DNA of 64,000 nucleotides from Schmidtea polychroa (Eukaryota): NCBI GenBank assembly GCA_044892525.1, contig CM097885.1, positions 41,914,001 to 41,978,000 of the forward strand, read 5' to 3'. Shown piece by piece: positions 34,680 to 46,716 of this stretch (position 1 is its first letter; each line of letters starts with the position of its first letter). The notes under the pieces were generated by a model. It saw only the letters and a program-made list of their open reading frames with translations, ran no database searches and was not told where the DNA came from. The position numbers and the translations under genes were made by a program.

Positions 34680-35129
34680 GGATCAGCGAAAAAAAAAGAC
34701 GGGCCCAAATATTTTAATAATAATAATATTAATAATACCCTTGTGAGTTGGTGAGTGTGACCAGTACCTTTGTGAGCAGTACCCATAGGGGACAAAATAT
34801 ATTAATAATAATAATAATGGTAATCATAATAATAATAAAAATAAACATAATAATAAAAATAATATTATTATTAATAATAATAAAAATAATAATAATAATA
34901 TTAATAATAATAATAATATAATATTTATTATTTAATATTTTTTAAATATTTTTTATAATTTAATATTTTAAATGCCTTTACAATATATTTTATTTTGTAT
35001 TTTTATTATTTTTTACTTTTTAATATTTAAAATTTATATTATATTTTTTATATTTTATTTTTTATTATTTATTTTTTATTATTTAGCAATAACGGGAAAA
35101 AAGACGGCAGTCTTTTTTTTCGCTGATCC
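34680..35129. mobile_element. MITE, possibly Merlin-type
   Basis: TIRs GGATCAGCGAAAAAAAAAGAC / GTCTTTTTTTTCGCTGATCC; 8-bp TSD GAATTATT / GAATTATG. Confidence 0.8.
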
Positions 35130-35503
35130 GAATTATGTCATACTACAGATGGGAATGTATTTTATCTAATGTGGCCGTTGAAAATCTGAAAATGTCAAAA
35201 AAATTGTGATTATGAAGCACTTTTCATTGCAAAATCTTGTGAGCGGGAAAGTCAATGGAAAGTGGAAATGTTCCAAAAAATATTTTTAACTTTAAGTAAA
35301 ATTTCATTGAATTGAAACTTAACTTTACCAGAATTCACTTCTGTGCTTGAGGGGGACAAATTCTCTCTAGTGATTAGCGTTAGATGTTTTCGCCGAACTT
35401 AGGAAAAATAAAGATTCTTCAATAGTAAAATAATTGAATGTTTATTAAACCGCAAACTTTATAATTCAACAAGAAATTAATTGCAGATTCCATTGAAATT
35501 TGT

Positions 35504-36064
35504 TTAACATTGATTCTTTTGGAATTTTCTGAGAATCATTTTATTGCAGAGTGAGGTCATTCGGAAAGATTCATCTTGTCTAAAAATAATTCTAGAGCAA
35601 AACAAATTCTCAATAAACACATCTTTCAAACAATACTGTTGAAGTCCATAGAAAGCGTCATAAGTCGGAACTGATACCGTGGTCATGTTGCAGATAGAAA
35701 TACAATTTCTGAATGCACTCATACAGATTCGATCACATTTCCTAGGACCTTTCCGGCTGCATTGTCTCATGCATTTTAATGCTTCACCGAATTTGTTGAT
35801 TGAGGAGGCAGATTTGGTTTGATTTCTATTACTGCCACTACGATAAAAATCGTGAATTTGTGACGGATTATCATTGTTAAAATCTGAATCAGGATTTTCA
35901 TTTTCGAAATATTCTTCGTTGTCTTGTTCGGAATCTGGAAATTCGTATGGAATATACGGATCCTGTTGCTGGATTGTGTTAATAGGGAAAAGAATGAATT
36001 TTACTAAAATAATCACTGGTAAACTTTTAATTGGAGGCATTATATAAATATTATATTGATTCAT
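35504..36064 (-). CDS. Orphan Cys-rich, putatively secreted protein (up to 186 aa)
   Basis: Uninterrupted ORF in very AT-rich DNA: hydrophobic N-terminus, acidic linker, C-terminal region with 10 Cys including three CxxxC; AATAAA-like signal downstream on the minus strand. Confidence 0.6.
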   Translation of the reverse strand: MNQYNIYIMPPIKSLPVIILVKFILFPINTIQQQDPYIPYEFPDSEQDNEEYFENENPDSDFNNDNPSQIHDFYRSGSNRNQTKSASSINKFGEALKCMRQCSRKGPRKCDRICMSAFRNCISICNMTTVSVPTYDAFYGLQQYCLKDVFIENLFCSRIIFRQDESFRMTSLCNKMILRKFQKNQC

Positions 36065-36374
36065 TTATGAGCAGAAAATAAATAAACAATTTAAACAATT
36101 TTTTTTATTTGTAGTCAACCAATTTGGAATGAAATATTTGGGACTCGAGACCCTCATAAGACCTCAGACTCAAGACCACCACTCAGACAAGCTGAGATTG
36201 TACTTTTCGCATCGGCTTGATTCGGGCTTTTCGCCCCCGACCTCAAACGGATTATAACCCCACTACTTTAAAAAGATAGTTTAAATAAAAAAATAATTCT
36301 AGGAAAACTACTCTACAAAAAAATTAATTTAAAACTAATAAAAATTTAAAGTGTAAAATATCCACAACCTAGAC

Positions 36375-38799
36375 CAGGGGTGGGGAACCTTTTCATTTCA
36401 AAAAGCCACATTCACTTATCTGATTCAACAACACAAGGCCGCAGTAAAGAAAACGTTGATACCTTCACCCCTATAAACTATATATTTTAATTCACAATAT
36501 AAATTAGTCAAAACGCAATTTAAAATAATCTTTTAAGAAAAAATACACATTTACAAATTTAATTTATTATATTATTGTTAAAAAAATGTTATACATATGT
36601 TGGGGTTATAAAATAATTGAATTATATTTGTAAGTAAAGGAATGAGAGAAGGCTAAGATTGGTCAAGTAGAGAACTGACAATACGAAGAAATAAAATGGG
36701 TAGAAAGTCTCGAAAAGGTGGATCAGTATATGGGAATAGCACAAAAAAGGTGATTTGAGAAAAATCGATAAAAGATTCATAAGTTCGAATTTAAGTCTGA
36801 AAAATTGGTCATGGGGGAATAGATAACGGGGAATAACATGGCGATTACGGATTTTTCAGAAAGTTCTAGGAAGAGTGCGAAAAGGTGCGTAAAAGAGAAA
36901 AAACAAGAAAATGAAATTAATTAATTAATTAATTAATTATCTAGTAGAAAGAAATCCCGAGCTGAGTAAACAAAGAGAAAAGTACACAGAAGGAAGATTT
37001 GGGGCCATTATCGTGTCACAATGATTAATTGGAGAAGACCAAGATATTCTGGGTGACAGCCGAAGCAGATATGTGGAGTCGAATGTCAAGAGATAGTTGG
37101 GCTCGGCAATAACCATTTGTCATCCCGATTTCGAAGAGTATATAAGGAATGGGAAAATTTGACCAACCCGCATTTTGCCTCAGCTAGGGTTAGAAGAAAA
37201 CTAGTTTAGAAACATGAGAAAGACGAATTAGGAAGTTTAAGGAAAAGAAAATATAGAATAAGGAGATACGTAAAAAGTGGAAATAAATCAAATCGAATAG
37301 AAAAGGAAAACGTTGGTCAAGAGAAGCTAGGGAATAAAAAAGTGAATATTATCTTTTGTCAAAGCATCAACACCCAGCGGAGAATCCGTCAAACTAGTAA
37401 AACTTGGTTATTGATTATTTGTGTCGATAGAGAATATATTATTGTGTTACAAATATACGTTGGGTAGTTTATTGTTTTGATTAAAAGGACACGTGGAGTC
37501 AGAGGATACCGACTTTAACTAGTAAAACCCAATACATACATAAAACATAATATATAATAAGGTACGTATGTACATTGTACATCATCAAAAATATTGGTTA
37601 ATGTTACAGTTTATCAACCTTTAATGGCTAATTTGCTTCTGCCTTTTGTTAGAAAGCATTTGAATATTTGGTTCAAGCATAGACGTTCGCAGTATCAGTG
37701 GTCTTCTAAATGTAGATCAGTTACTTGAGTTCGTAATTTTGACTTCATTTGCGTTAAATGAGAAAATGATTATTCACAGCAGTAAGTTGTTCAGAAGCAA
37801 GAAAGCATTTTATGGCATGTTGTCGAAGACGTGGGTATTCTAAGGCAGTTTTCCAAATTTCCATTTTGGGTCTTTTTAGTACTAAACAATGATTTTAAAA
37901 TATCATCCACAGGGAGTTCAATCAATTCTATCTGTAGATCTTTAGGTGCCTCGTTTATTTCAACTAGGTGAGGCTGAAAAGCACCAATTTCATTACTGTT
38001 TCATTTTTTCAAAATCGGTAAACTTTCACTGTATTCCACAATTAATAAGTCAATAACAGCTGCATATCCTCCAAATGACTCACATTTATAATTCTGTTCG
38101 TTGATGACCATAGTTAACTGGTGAAATGTTCATGTTCTATTTCGTTTTGAAAATGAAGTCTTTTAAAGAAAGATAACTTGATTCGAAATGCTTGAATTTT
38201 CTTCAACATATCATAAATGGATTTGGTTTTACTTTGTAAGGAAATATTCAAGTAAATATCACATAAAAATGCAAAATTCCTCAGAAAATTGTTATTCTTT
38301 AGCTCGCATTGCTGATTCTGTTCTTCATAAAATTCAATTAACTGTTCTTGCAAAGATAAAATTTTGACTAAAACTTGTCCCTGTGATGACCAACAAACTT
38401 TAGAATCATACGGCAGATCCACACTAATTATTTTATTGTTCAACTGCAACATGTTACGAAACTGACGATGCCTTGTTGCATTTGCACGAATATACTTAAC
38501 AATTTTAATAACTTGTTGTAAAGTATAATTTAAAATAGTAGCTTTAGCACAGAGATTCTGTTGATGTAAAATACAATGAAAGCAAAGGAGTGAATCTGGA
38601 TGTGTTAATTCTTTTTTGAGATTTCCAATAAACACTTCATAATAAACACTTCATAAACATTTCATAAAACAAGTGAAGCGTGGGCAAACGCATCCAAAAC
38701 ATTTTTTCTCGACCGGATAAAGTGAAACCGCGCAAAAAAGTATCAAAAAAGTAAAAAATAATTGGCATCAGTCAAGAGGCCGCAGGTTCCCCACCTCTG
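36375..38799 (-). mobile_element. hAT Charlie/SPIN (GTF2IRD2-like) element, internally deleted, interrupted by a solo LTR
   Basis: TIRs CAGGGGTGGGGAACCT / AGGTTCCCCACCTCTG; TSD ACCTAGAC / ATCTAGAG; transposase fragment with FHCILHQQNLCAK and FAFLCDI. Confidence 0.9.
36598..37534 (+). mobile_element. Solo LTR (937 bp)
   Basis: TGTTGGGG...CCCAATA ends, 4-bp TSD CATA, TATA box at about 37139, AATAAA at about 37333, GGAGTCAGA near the 3' end. Confidence 0.85.
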
Positions 38800-38804
38800 A
38801 TCTA

Positions 38805-39874
38805 GAGGATAATAAGTTGTATTTAATTGAACACGTAAAGATTTTATTTCTTTATCTCCTCCAACTGATTGTATAAATTTTGAATTATTTTTTGTAAATT
38901 CAATGGATTCATCTTTAAATCCTATAAAAATATTTCGAGGTCTTGAATTTAAAACTGTTGGTTTCCTTTTGAATATTATTCCTGTTGTTATATCAGTTTA
39001 GTTGTTATTCTTTAAAGATATCTTGTATTAATTGATTTATTCATTCTATCCATTATAATAGTTTCTAATTGCGGATTAAATGTTATTGAAGGAACCAAAC
39101 AAGTAAGAGACTCTAAATTTAATTTAAAGAAATATCCCATCACCATATCCCAGAACCAGGAACTATGCCAGGTGTTTGAGATTCTATAAATTTTCTTTTG
39201 CTAGAATTTTATTTAGAGATTCATCAGCTAATCTTGATTTTTTAACATTTTTAAAAGCATTAGTTATTCCCACTGCTTCTGTTATACTACCAAAGATTAA
39301 TGGTAATAAAGCTACTAAAGGAAGAATTACTTCATGTTTCAATTCTTTGATTTTTTCTTTTGAAACGTATGCTTTTTTACCATTATAACTTATTGTTTTT
39401 AGTTTATCATTTTCAACGATTGATTTTATTTTGTTTATGAATTCTTCGTCAACATCTTTTGTCATTTTTAATTGTGAAAAAGGTAATCGAATTTAAATTT
39501 AAAAATAAGAAGGAAAAGTTTAAGGGTTCAGATTTAACTGAAGCATTGTTGATTAAAAAACTTTCTGATCCGAGAATTGATTTTCTCAGAGCATTAAATG
39601 TTAAACCTGAAAAGTCTGTAAGTTTTGCAGAAGGGTTTCGAGAAATTAAAAATTGATTTTTGTAATTCTCGTTGATAAAATCTACCTAATATTTCTTCAT
39701 CATTCAAATAATGTAGTTTATAAGTAAATGGTTTTGTGTTGTATATTTTCTTGACGATAAATATTTCTTTAAACCATGAATTAGTAATTCCTTTTTCAAA
39801 TTTATTTTTCCATTTAAATATTCTAACTCTGTTTCCTACATTAAATTTTTGTTTTTCAATCAAATAATTATTAG
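38805..39874 (-). mobile_element. Polinton remnant: integrase C-terminus, small hydrophobic ORF, capsid-like fragment
   Basis: 39594..39863 KFNVGNRVRI..K.KFEKG...W..EIF.V...PFTYKL..L..EEI.G.FY..ELQK is a typical Polinton integrase C-terminus; 39184..39465 has ILPLVALLPLIFG; about 38805-38990 reads RPRNIFIGF...LRVQLNTTYYP (major-capsid-like). Confidence 0.8.
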
Positions 39875-41230
39875 TGTTGGGCTAGAACTGACTTCTAGAC
39901 CCAAACTATAATTGTGACTGGAATGCGTAGGTACATAACATGCAAAAAGCAAAAAGTATAGTTAAATATTAAAAATACACCAAATAAACAATATTAATTA
40001 AAAGAGAAAACAACAAAAAATATAAACACAGAAATTAAATAAAATTATACAAAAGCAAGAAGTTATGCAAAATCTAACTCAAAAATAACCAAATAAACAT
40101 AGAATTACGAAAAACCAAACTCGAATAACTTAAAAAACGGTAAAAACAGTAAAAAATTCCAGGAAAACCCAGAACATTCCATAAAAATGGCGATGATCAT
40201 CATAAAAGCTTCCTTGAACAATAAAAGTTAGAAAAATAACTAAATTAGTAATAAAAATAAAAATTCGTAAAAAGAAATTCCGAAAAACGTCAATCAAATA
40301 AAAACTAAATTAAAAGTAATATGGAATGTTCTGGAACCGTTCCAAATCCATCATGGACGTAGAATTAATGAAAAATTATTAAAAATTTAAAATTTAAAAA
40401 TAAAAACAAAAATTATGGCACAAAAATTGCCATTAAAAATATCAAAATCGCGAAATAGAAAATTCTGGAATAAAAAGAATTCGAGTTTGTTTTAATGCAT
40501 CAATACATACACGTGTACAAAATAGGTATATATACTGACGCATTTCAGTCACAAAAAATCACTTTATGCCAAATTCATTTTTTGATTTTGTGAAAACTCT
40601 TTGGGAAAAATCTTAATAGTAAGGAGTACTGTATTTACATTATAATATGTTTTTATAATATGTTTTATATGATATGTTACAATATGTTTTACATTATAAT
40701 ATGTTTTATCATTTAGTTGTTATCAAATCCATATTTCCTTTTAAAACATTTTCGTTCTTTACCGTTGAATGTAAGAGTGATTAGAGTCGTGCCGATTGTA
40801 CGCGCCTCTGATCAGCCTTGTATTCAACCAGACTTTAAAAATCTAAAACCACATGCAGACATGCATTATTTTTATTATATATCTTTTTGTTATTCGGTCA
40901 TCGGAGGTCGTCCACTTCATGGTTCAACCATGGAGTTGTGTCGATAAAACCCCTCCGCTATGGCTCTAACTATTTATTATCGGTCGACAGTGGTATGTTT
41001 CGACTCAACACTACAGTAGCGCTTGTCGTAGGGGTCACAGTGGGGCCGTGTAAGCAAGCATTCTTCCCGAGTTTGAATGCAGCACACAATTAAAATCAAC
41101 ATTAAAAATTTCACACACTACTAAACACTAGGACTCTAATTGAGTAGATCTCAGACCCAAATTGAACACATATAGTCGGTTGAACCTCATTAAAAAACTC
41201 AGTTATACCGGTACGTTTGTCGGACCTCAT

Positions 41231-41232
<2 letters not shown>

Positions 41233-41313
<81 letters not shown>
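41233..41313. repeat. (TA)n microsatellite
   Basis: Pure TA run inside the giant element. Confidence 0.97.
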
Positions 41314-41316
<3 letters not shown>

Positions 41317-42229
41317 CTTAATGTTGCTATAAAAGTTTTTCAAAAGTAAACGTAATAATCCACATAAGGAAGTTTCGACAAGCGTACCTAGTAAAATGAA
41401 AATGCTCAATTATTTTAAACGAAATTCATTATTTCTGAATAATTACAGTTCTGAAAGTAACGTACATTACCCTGATATAAAATTGTTAATATGTATGATC
41501 TCTGAATCCCGAAGTGCAATCAAAAATTCAAAACTATAATTTGTAGTTACGTATTGTCATTAAATTATAGAATACGTCTTAACATTATTTTTATAATTGT
41601 GAACTATTAATGAATCATTAACTTAAAATTTTTCCCTTCTTGAAAAGTATTCTATAAATATTAAATTATTATCTTATTTTAAGATGTAATGTATAAAGGT
41701 ATTATAATACTCAAGGACAAATATAATTTCATATTACCCTTAAATTATCATCTATGAATATTAAATTATCAAATACACCTCGGTGCCACCCTTAAAACAT
41801 AAGGTGTTATGGTGTAGTAGTATTGAGTGATGACTTTGTTAAAATATAGAATACATCTTCAGAAGTATAATGTACAAATGTATCATCGTTCGGAATTATA
41901 GGAGAATTATTATAATTTACAGAAATGCCCGAATTAGAAATTAAAAGCATTATACAAATTATAAATTATAATGTATAGTTCATTTCGCATACATAAATAT
42001 TTGAATTGGAAAGTTATATATTAAAAATACAGACTGTAAATTATAATGCCTAATACATTCAGCATACATAAATGTCTAAATTGGAAATTAAAAGTTATAT
42101 ATTAAAAATACAAATCATAAATTATAGTTTTATGCTACCTCAGTGTATAATTTATTTATAATACCTAAATGCCTAAATTAGGAATTGACAATTTCATATC
42201 AGGGATATAAAATGTAAACTATAACTAAT

Positions 42230-43880
42230 TATATGAAATGTTTGGTTATAAAATATAAAGTGTAAATGATTAAAAATAAATTATATATCTTGATCTTATA
42301 AATATAGACTATATATAATTACAAGATTATATATAACTATAAAGTATAAATAGTTGTATCTGAATCATATAAGTATATTATTCTTAAAATCGCAAACTAT
42401 AAATAATTATGGACAAAATTTTAATTATCAGAATATAAATTATAATTAATTATATATAACTATAAGGTATAAATAGTTATATCTGAATCATATAAGTATA
42501 TTATTCTTAAAATTGCAAACTGTAAATAATTATGGATAAAAATTTAATTATCAAAATATAAACTATAATTAATTATATATAATGTTGAGCATAAAATATA
42601 AAGTATAAATAGTTATCCATGAATCCTATAAGTATATTATTCTTAAAATTGCAAACTATAAATAATCACGGGTAAAATTTTAATTATCAAAATATAAATT
42701 ATAATTAATTATATATAATGTTAAGCGTAAAATATAAAGTATAAATGGTTATATATGAATCATATAAGTATATTATTCTTAGAAAAAGGTAAACTATAAA
42801 TAATTATGGATAAAATTTCAATTATCGAAATATAAATTATAATTAATTATATATAAATGTGGGGCGTGGATTATAAAGTATGATTCGTTATATATGAAGC
42901 CTATAGGTATGTTATTCTTAAAAAGGTAAACTATAATAATTATGGAAAATTTTTAGTTACCAGAATATAAATTATAAATAATTATATTTTGATTATAAAA
43001 TAGAGAGTATAATAAGTATATAGATCATGTAGGTATTTTGTTCTTAAAAGTATAAACCAAGGGTGGGCACGCATGGGTTCAATAAGAGCCATTTTCCGAA
43101 AATTTATTTTTTACAGAGCCACTATAGTAAAGTACATATTTTTTTTTATTTCATTAATTTGATTAAAGAGACTTAAACGCTATTAAAAAAAACAAAATAA
43201 TTATTTCAAACATTAAGTAACAAACATAAAAATCCATTAATAAAAAGTAATAAAATTTCTTGAATTAACGAAGACTTTTGGTCAAATCTTTGAAATTTGG
43301 TGTATACTTTGTTAAAGCTGTTCGCAGCAATTCTGTAAGATGCTGATTGGTCAACTGTGAACGATATTTCGACTTTACGAACTTCATTGTGGAGTACAAA
43401 GAATCACAACAATATGTTGTACCAAAAATAGAAATTAGACGGCAAGCAGCTTGTTTTAAGTGTGGATATTTTGCCTCTGGTACGAGTTTCCAAAATTCAA
43501 CTATAGAAGTAGATTTATGGTGCATTTGCAAAGCCTGGTCCTCTTTCATATCTAATAACTCCAATTCCCCAACCGCTTTTTTAACAAGTATTACTTCAGA
43601 AATTGGAAATCCATCTTCAATAATATCACAAATAAATGGGTTCACAAAAAATGCAAATGTAGATTTATAAAATCGAATTCGATTATCAAGAATTCAATTA
43701 TCAATGAGCCGCAGTTTACTCAACGAAGAGCCGCATGCGGCTCTAAGAGCCGCATTTGCCCACCGTTGGTATAAACTATAAATGGTGCAAAATATAAATC
43801 ATAATTAATTATGTATAACATTCGAAGTATTAAGTATAAATAGTTATATATTTCTAAAAAATAATTATAGATAAATGTTA
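42230..43880. repeat. AT-rich tandem array, unit about 123-138 bp, inside the giant element
   Basis: TGAATCATATAAGTATATTATTCTTAAAA...AATTATAATTAATTATATATAA recurs at about 42361, 42484, 42620, 42756, 42895 and beyond; interrupted by a hAT. Confidence 0.85.
43058..43768 (-). mobile_element. Non-autonomous hAT element with transposase C-terminal fragment
   Basis: TIRs CAAGGGTGGGCA / TGCCCACCGTTG, perfect 8-bp TSD GTATAAAC; ORF 43265..43645 FWKLVPEAKYPHLK...IFGTTYCC..LYSTMKFVKSKYRSQLT. Confidence 0.93.
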
Positions 43881-45234
43881 GTTACAAAAATAAATGGTCA
43901 CACCTGAGTGCCGATCTTAAAAACCTCAATGATAGGTAGTTGTATAGTAAACAACTATATATAAATCTCGAAATATTAATGGTAAATAACCCTACAAAAT
44001 TATAAGGTATAGTAATACAAATCATAAACCTGGAAAATGGCAGGTACCTCATAAAATGTCGTCAAAATTTATTCTACCCCTACATCATGTATTATAATAT
44101 AAAAATATAAGTTATAAGTGTTAAGATTTCAAAGTTTTAGATATTTATATCACTATTAAACTATCAAAAATAATTGTAGAAATTAAAGTCGGTTGTTAAA
44201 TTAATTCGCAGACAACTCCATCAGAAGAAGTAGTGTTTGACCCGCAAGGATCCAGTGGTGGCCTGCTTTTAAGGTTACTTGAGACTCTGATTCCCTGAAA
44301 ACCTCAGTATGGTCGATCCCAGGAGTAGGAATCCCAAAACCAATGTCGTTCAAGCATAAATTAGAAAGTCACATTAAAGAGGCAACGACAAATGATAACC
44401 TAAGCTCCTTATAGAATTAACGGGGACGATACAACACATGAATGGATATAGTTTATAAATTAATGAATGACTTACCAAATTCCCATGAAGCAAAATACCA
44501 TAAATACCGACAAGCATTAGAAGCAGGTTGGCGTCGGAAAATAAAAGATTTTTTTTTCATAAGAGACAGGTTGGAATTATGGCCAATTTTTATGTCGAAA
44601 TTCGATTAAAAGGGCATACACCTGAAATGCTGAAAAGGTTGTTATGAATATAATAGCAGCATACACCCCTTGAACGACTTCACCGACGAAGGGTATTGGA
44701 ACACAGTTCGACAATAAAACCGTTCGCCAGCGAAATCTTTCTCTAGGGCTAATTATAGTAAATAATATAAGCTGAATTAAATAATTCAGCTTAAATACAA
44801 ATGCAAATAAATGATGCCCATGATGTAAATAATTACATAATAATGTTAGCTTAATAAAACAACTAGATTCATGTTTTAATTTTTCAATAAAAGTTAAACT
44901 AATAGATCTGAGCGATTTAGGTAAGACGACCACGAGCAAAAATAAATTTCAGAGTCGAAGAAAATTTTGTCACTGGTTGAATTAGTAATAAAGTATTTAT
45001 TAGGAAGATCCCTTTCGAGGTTTCCAGGTTGAGGCTATAGGGTGATGATAAGTAAATGACTATCCATTTTGGCTGTAAATTGGTCATCTAACTTACGACA
45101 CGGAACACTATTACCATAAGAGGGTAACTATTCGTTCGAACCACTGTTTTACGTCTTAGCAGATTGATGAGAAAGATGAAATTTTTAAAAGGGGAAAAGG
45201 CCATTATCGTTAACCATCCTTATTTATTAACAGA

Positions 45235-45597
45235 ATGTCTCAAACAAGTGAACCCGACGAAGCGGAATACAGACAGAGGATCACTCGGCTCCGGACCCGG
45301 TACATCTGGTACCGGATTCATGATTGGAACCGGGGGTTGGACCTAGATAATTATGGTCCGGTCATCCGAAGTGGCCCCGAGCCCGATGCCCCGGCGTGGG
45401 TGAAAGTAGAGCCGACCAACAATGTGTTGCGAGAAGCCCGCGATCGAGCGGCCGTCGAAGTAGACGAGGCCCAGAGGCGACTGAAGAGACTCGAGCTCCA
45501 GCTCAGAGCCGAAGCAGAGGGAGTAACCCTCGAAGAGCTAGAAGAGGCAGATGCTCCTCCACGAAAACGAGGGAGGCCCCGTAAGAATCTTGCCTAA
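45235..45597 (+). CDS. Element-encoded AT-hook/coiled-coil protein (120 aa)
   Basis: Intact GC-rich ORF preceded by an acceptor-like TTATTAACAG; C-terminal RKRGRPRK AT-hook; AATAAA at about 45619; homolog at about 32470-32830. Confidence 0.75.
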   Translation: MSQTSEPDEAEYRQRITRLRTRYIWYRIHDWNRGLDLDNYGPVIRSGPEPDAPAWVKVEPTNNVLREARDRAAVEVDEAQRRLKRLELQLRAEAEGVTLEELEEADAPPRKRGRPRKNLA

Positions 45598-45920
45598 GCC
45601 GCCAGCAGTGGCAACTGGAATAAAACTATCTAACAAATTTGATCCAATGATGTGGTGTTTGCGTTTGACTTCATTAGTAGCTAGTATAACAAATTACAAT
45701 TTTTGTTCATTAACTTTTTGACAATATCGTTCATCATGTATCTTCGTAGTATAATAAATTGTTTATCTGTTATTACATTTTGGACTTTATGGCTTATGGG
45801 GTGTATTCATGATTGAGGTGACCCTTCCCATCCTTCATCTATTAATTTTATGCAATTAATCGAATCACCTTTACGCACATGGAAGCGAGCGATGAAATTT
45901 TATTATTGTTTTCCTTCAGT

Positions 45921-46359
45921 GTACAAATTACTCGAAAACCTACGCAAGGGCCGTGAAGAAGCCCAGCAACAAGCCGAAGACCTTCGAAGTCGGGTCGAGA
46001 AGCTCAAAGTCAAGTGCCGAGAGCTCGAAGGTACTTGGTTCAGTCCGGCTGAGATGAAGAAACGAACAACACACATCTCGCGACTCCAGACCCAGGCGGA
46101 GCAGGACCAACTCGAAATCCGAGCACTGAAGTTACAAGTGCGCACGCTCGAGAGTAGATTGAACGAAAGGTTCATCCAGGACACTCTCCGAGAACAGATT
46201 CGTCCACTTCCCGTGGAGCTGGCCAAGATATACCCCCCGGCCCAGACGAGCAAGTCGAAACGTAAACGGTTAGGGCGAAATACGCGAGAGAAATTGAAAA
46301 GGGCCTGGCTGACCGAGCAGGAAAAATCGAAAGAGTCTGCAGCCACTCCACGATCCTGA
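45921..46359 (+). CDS. Element-encoded WFSP coiled-coil protein (probable 3' exon; ORF track 45850..46359)
   Basis: Intact ORF; TTTTCCTTCAG acceptor where homology with the 32.1 kb copy begins; EGTWFSPAEMK motif; basic KSKRKR tail. Confidence 0.75.
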
Positions 46360-46599
46360 GGAATGTTTGAGAGTGCGACCCCTCCTGGGTAAAACCGACA
46401 TTGTGATATTGTAGCGTTTAAATAAATAATTTCATTGTCTGATGGGTATGTGATTAAATTTGTGATTGTCCCAAGCAGGGCGGTTGACAGAAAAGAGTTT
46501 GGGAAAACAATCTCGATAAGGGACCGAAATAAATCGGACACATGCCTTCTATCGGCCGTCCGTGAACCCTTGGAATGCTCGACAATTATAGTGCTCTTA

Positions 46600-46716
46600 A
46601 CGCGCTCACTTTTTGCGAGTACTCCACCCCTTGGTACAGCACCAACGTTGATTACTCAACGGGTACCAAATGGAAAATAATGTTGCATGCTGGGTTACGC
46701 TGGTAACAGCACTAAA
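46600..46716 (+). ncRNA. Putative conserved subterminal RNA structure
   Basis: Stem TTGGTAC/GTACCAA enclosing hairpin GTTGA-TTAC-TCAAC, then GCTG-GTAA-CAGC (GNRA); compensatory changes in the copy at 31393-31474. Confidence 0.5.

Noticed and set aside
42230..43880. CRISPR-like array
   Set aside because: Eukaryotic context, whole units are duplicated with no unique spacers, and no cas genes.
46010..46070. Resemblance of KC...GTWFSPAEM to the SAND-domain W(F/Y)(S/T)PxEF motif
   Set aside because: No KDWK motif and a helical coiled-coil context; probably coincidental, though HHpred would settle it.
45903..46541. 212-aa minus-strand ORF overlapping the WFSP gene
   Set aside because: Likely an antisense shadow of a GC-rich ORF; I saw no equivalent open frame in the other copies.
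46600..46716. Known self-cleaving ribozyme (hammerhead, twister, HDV-like)
   Set aside because: No CUGANGA/GAAA hammerhead core or twister consensus recognised; kept only as an unknown structure.
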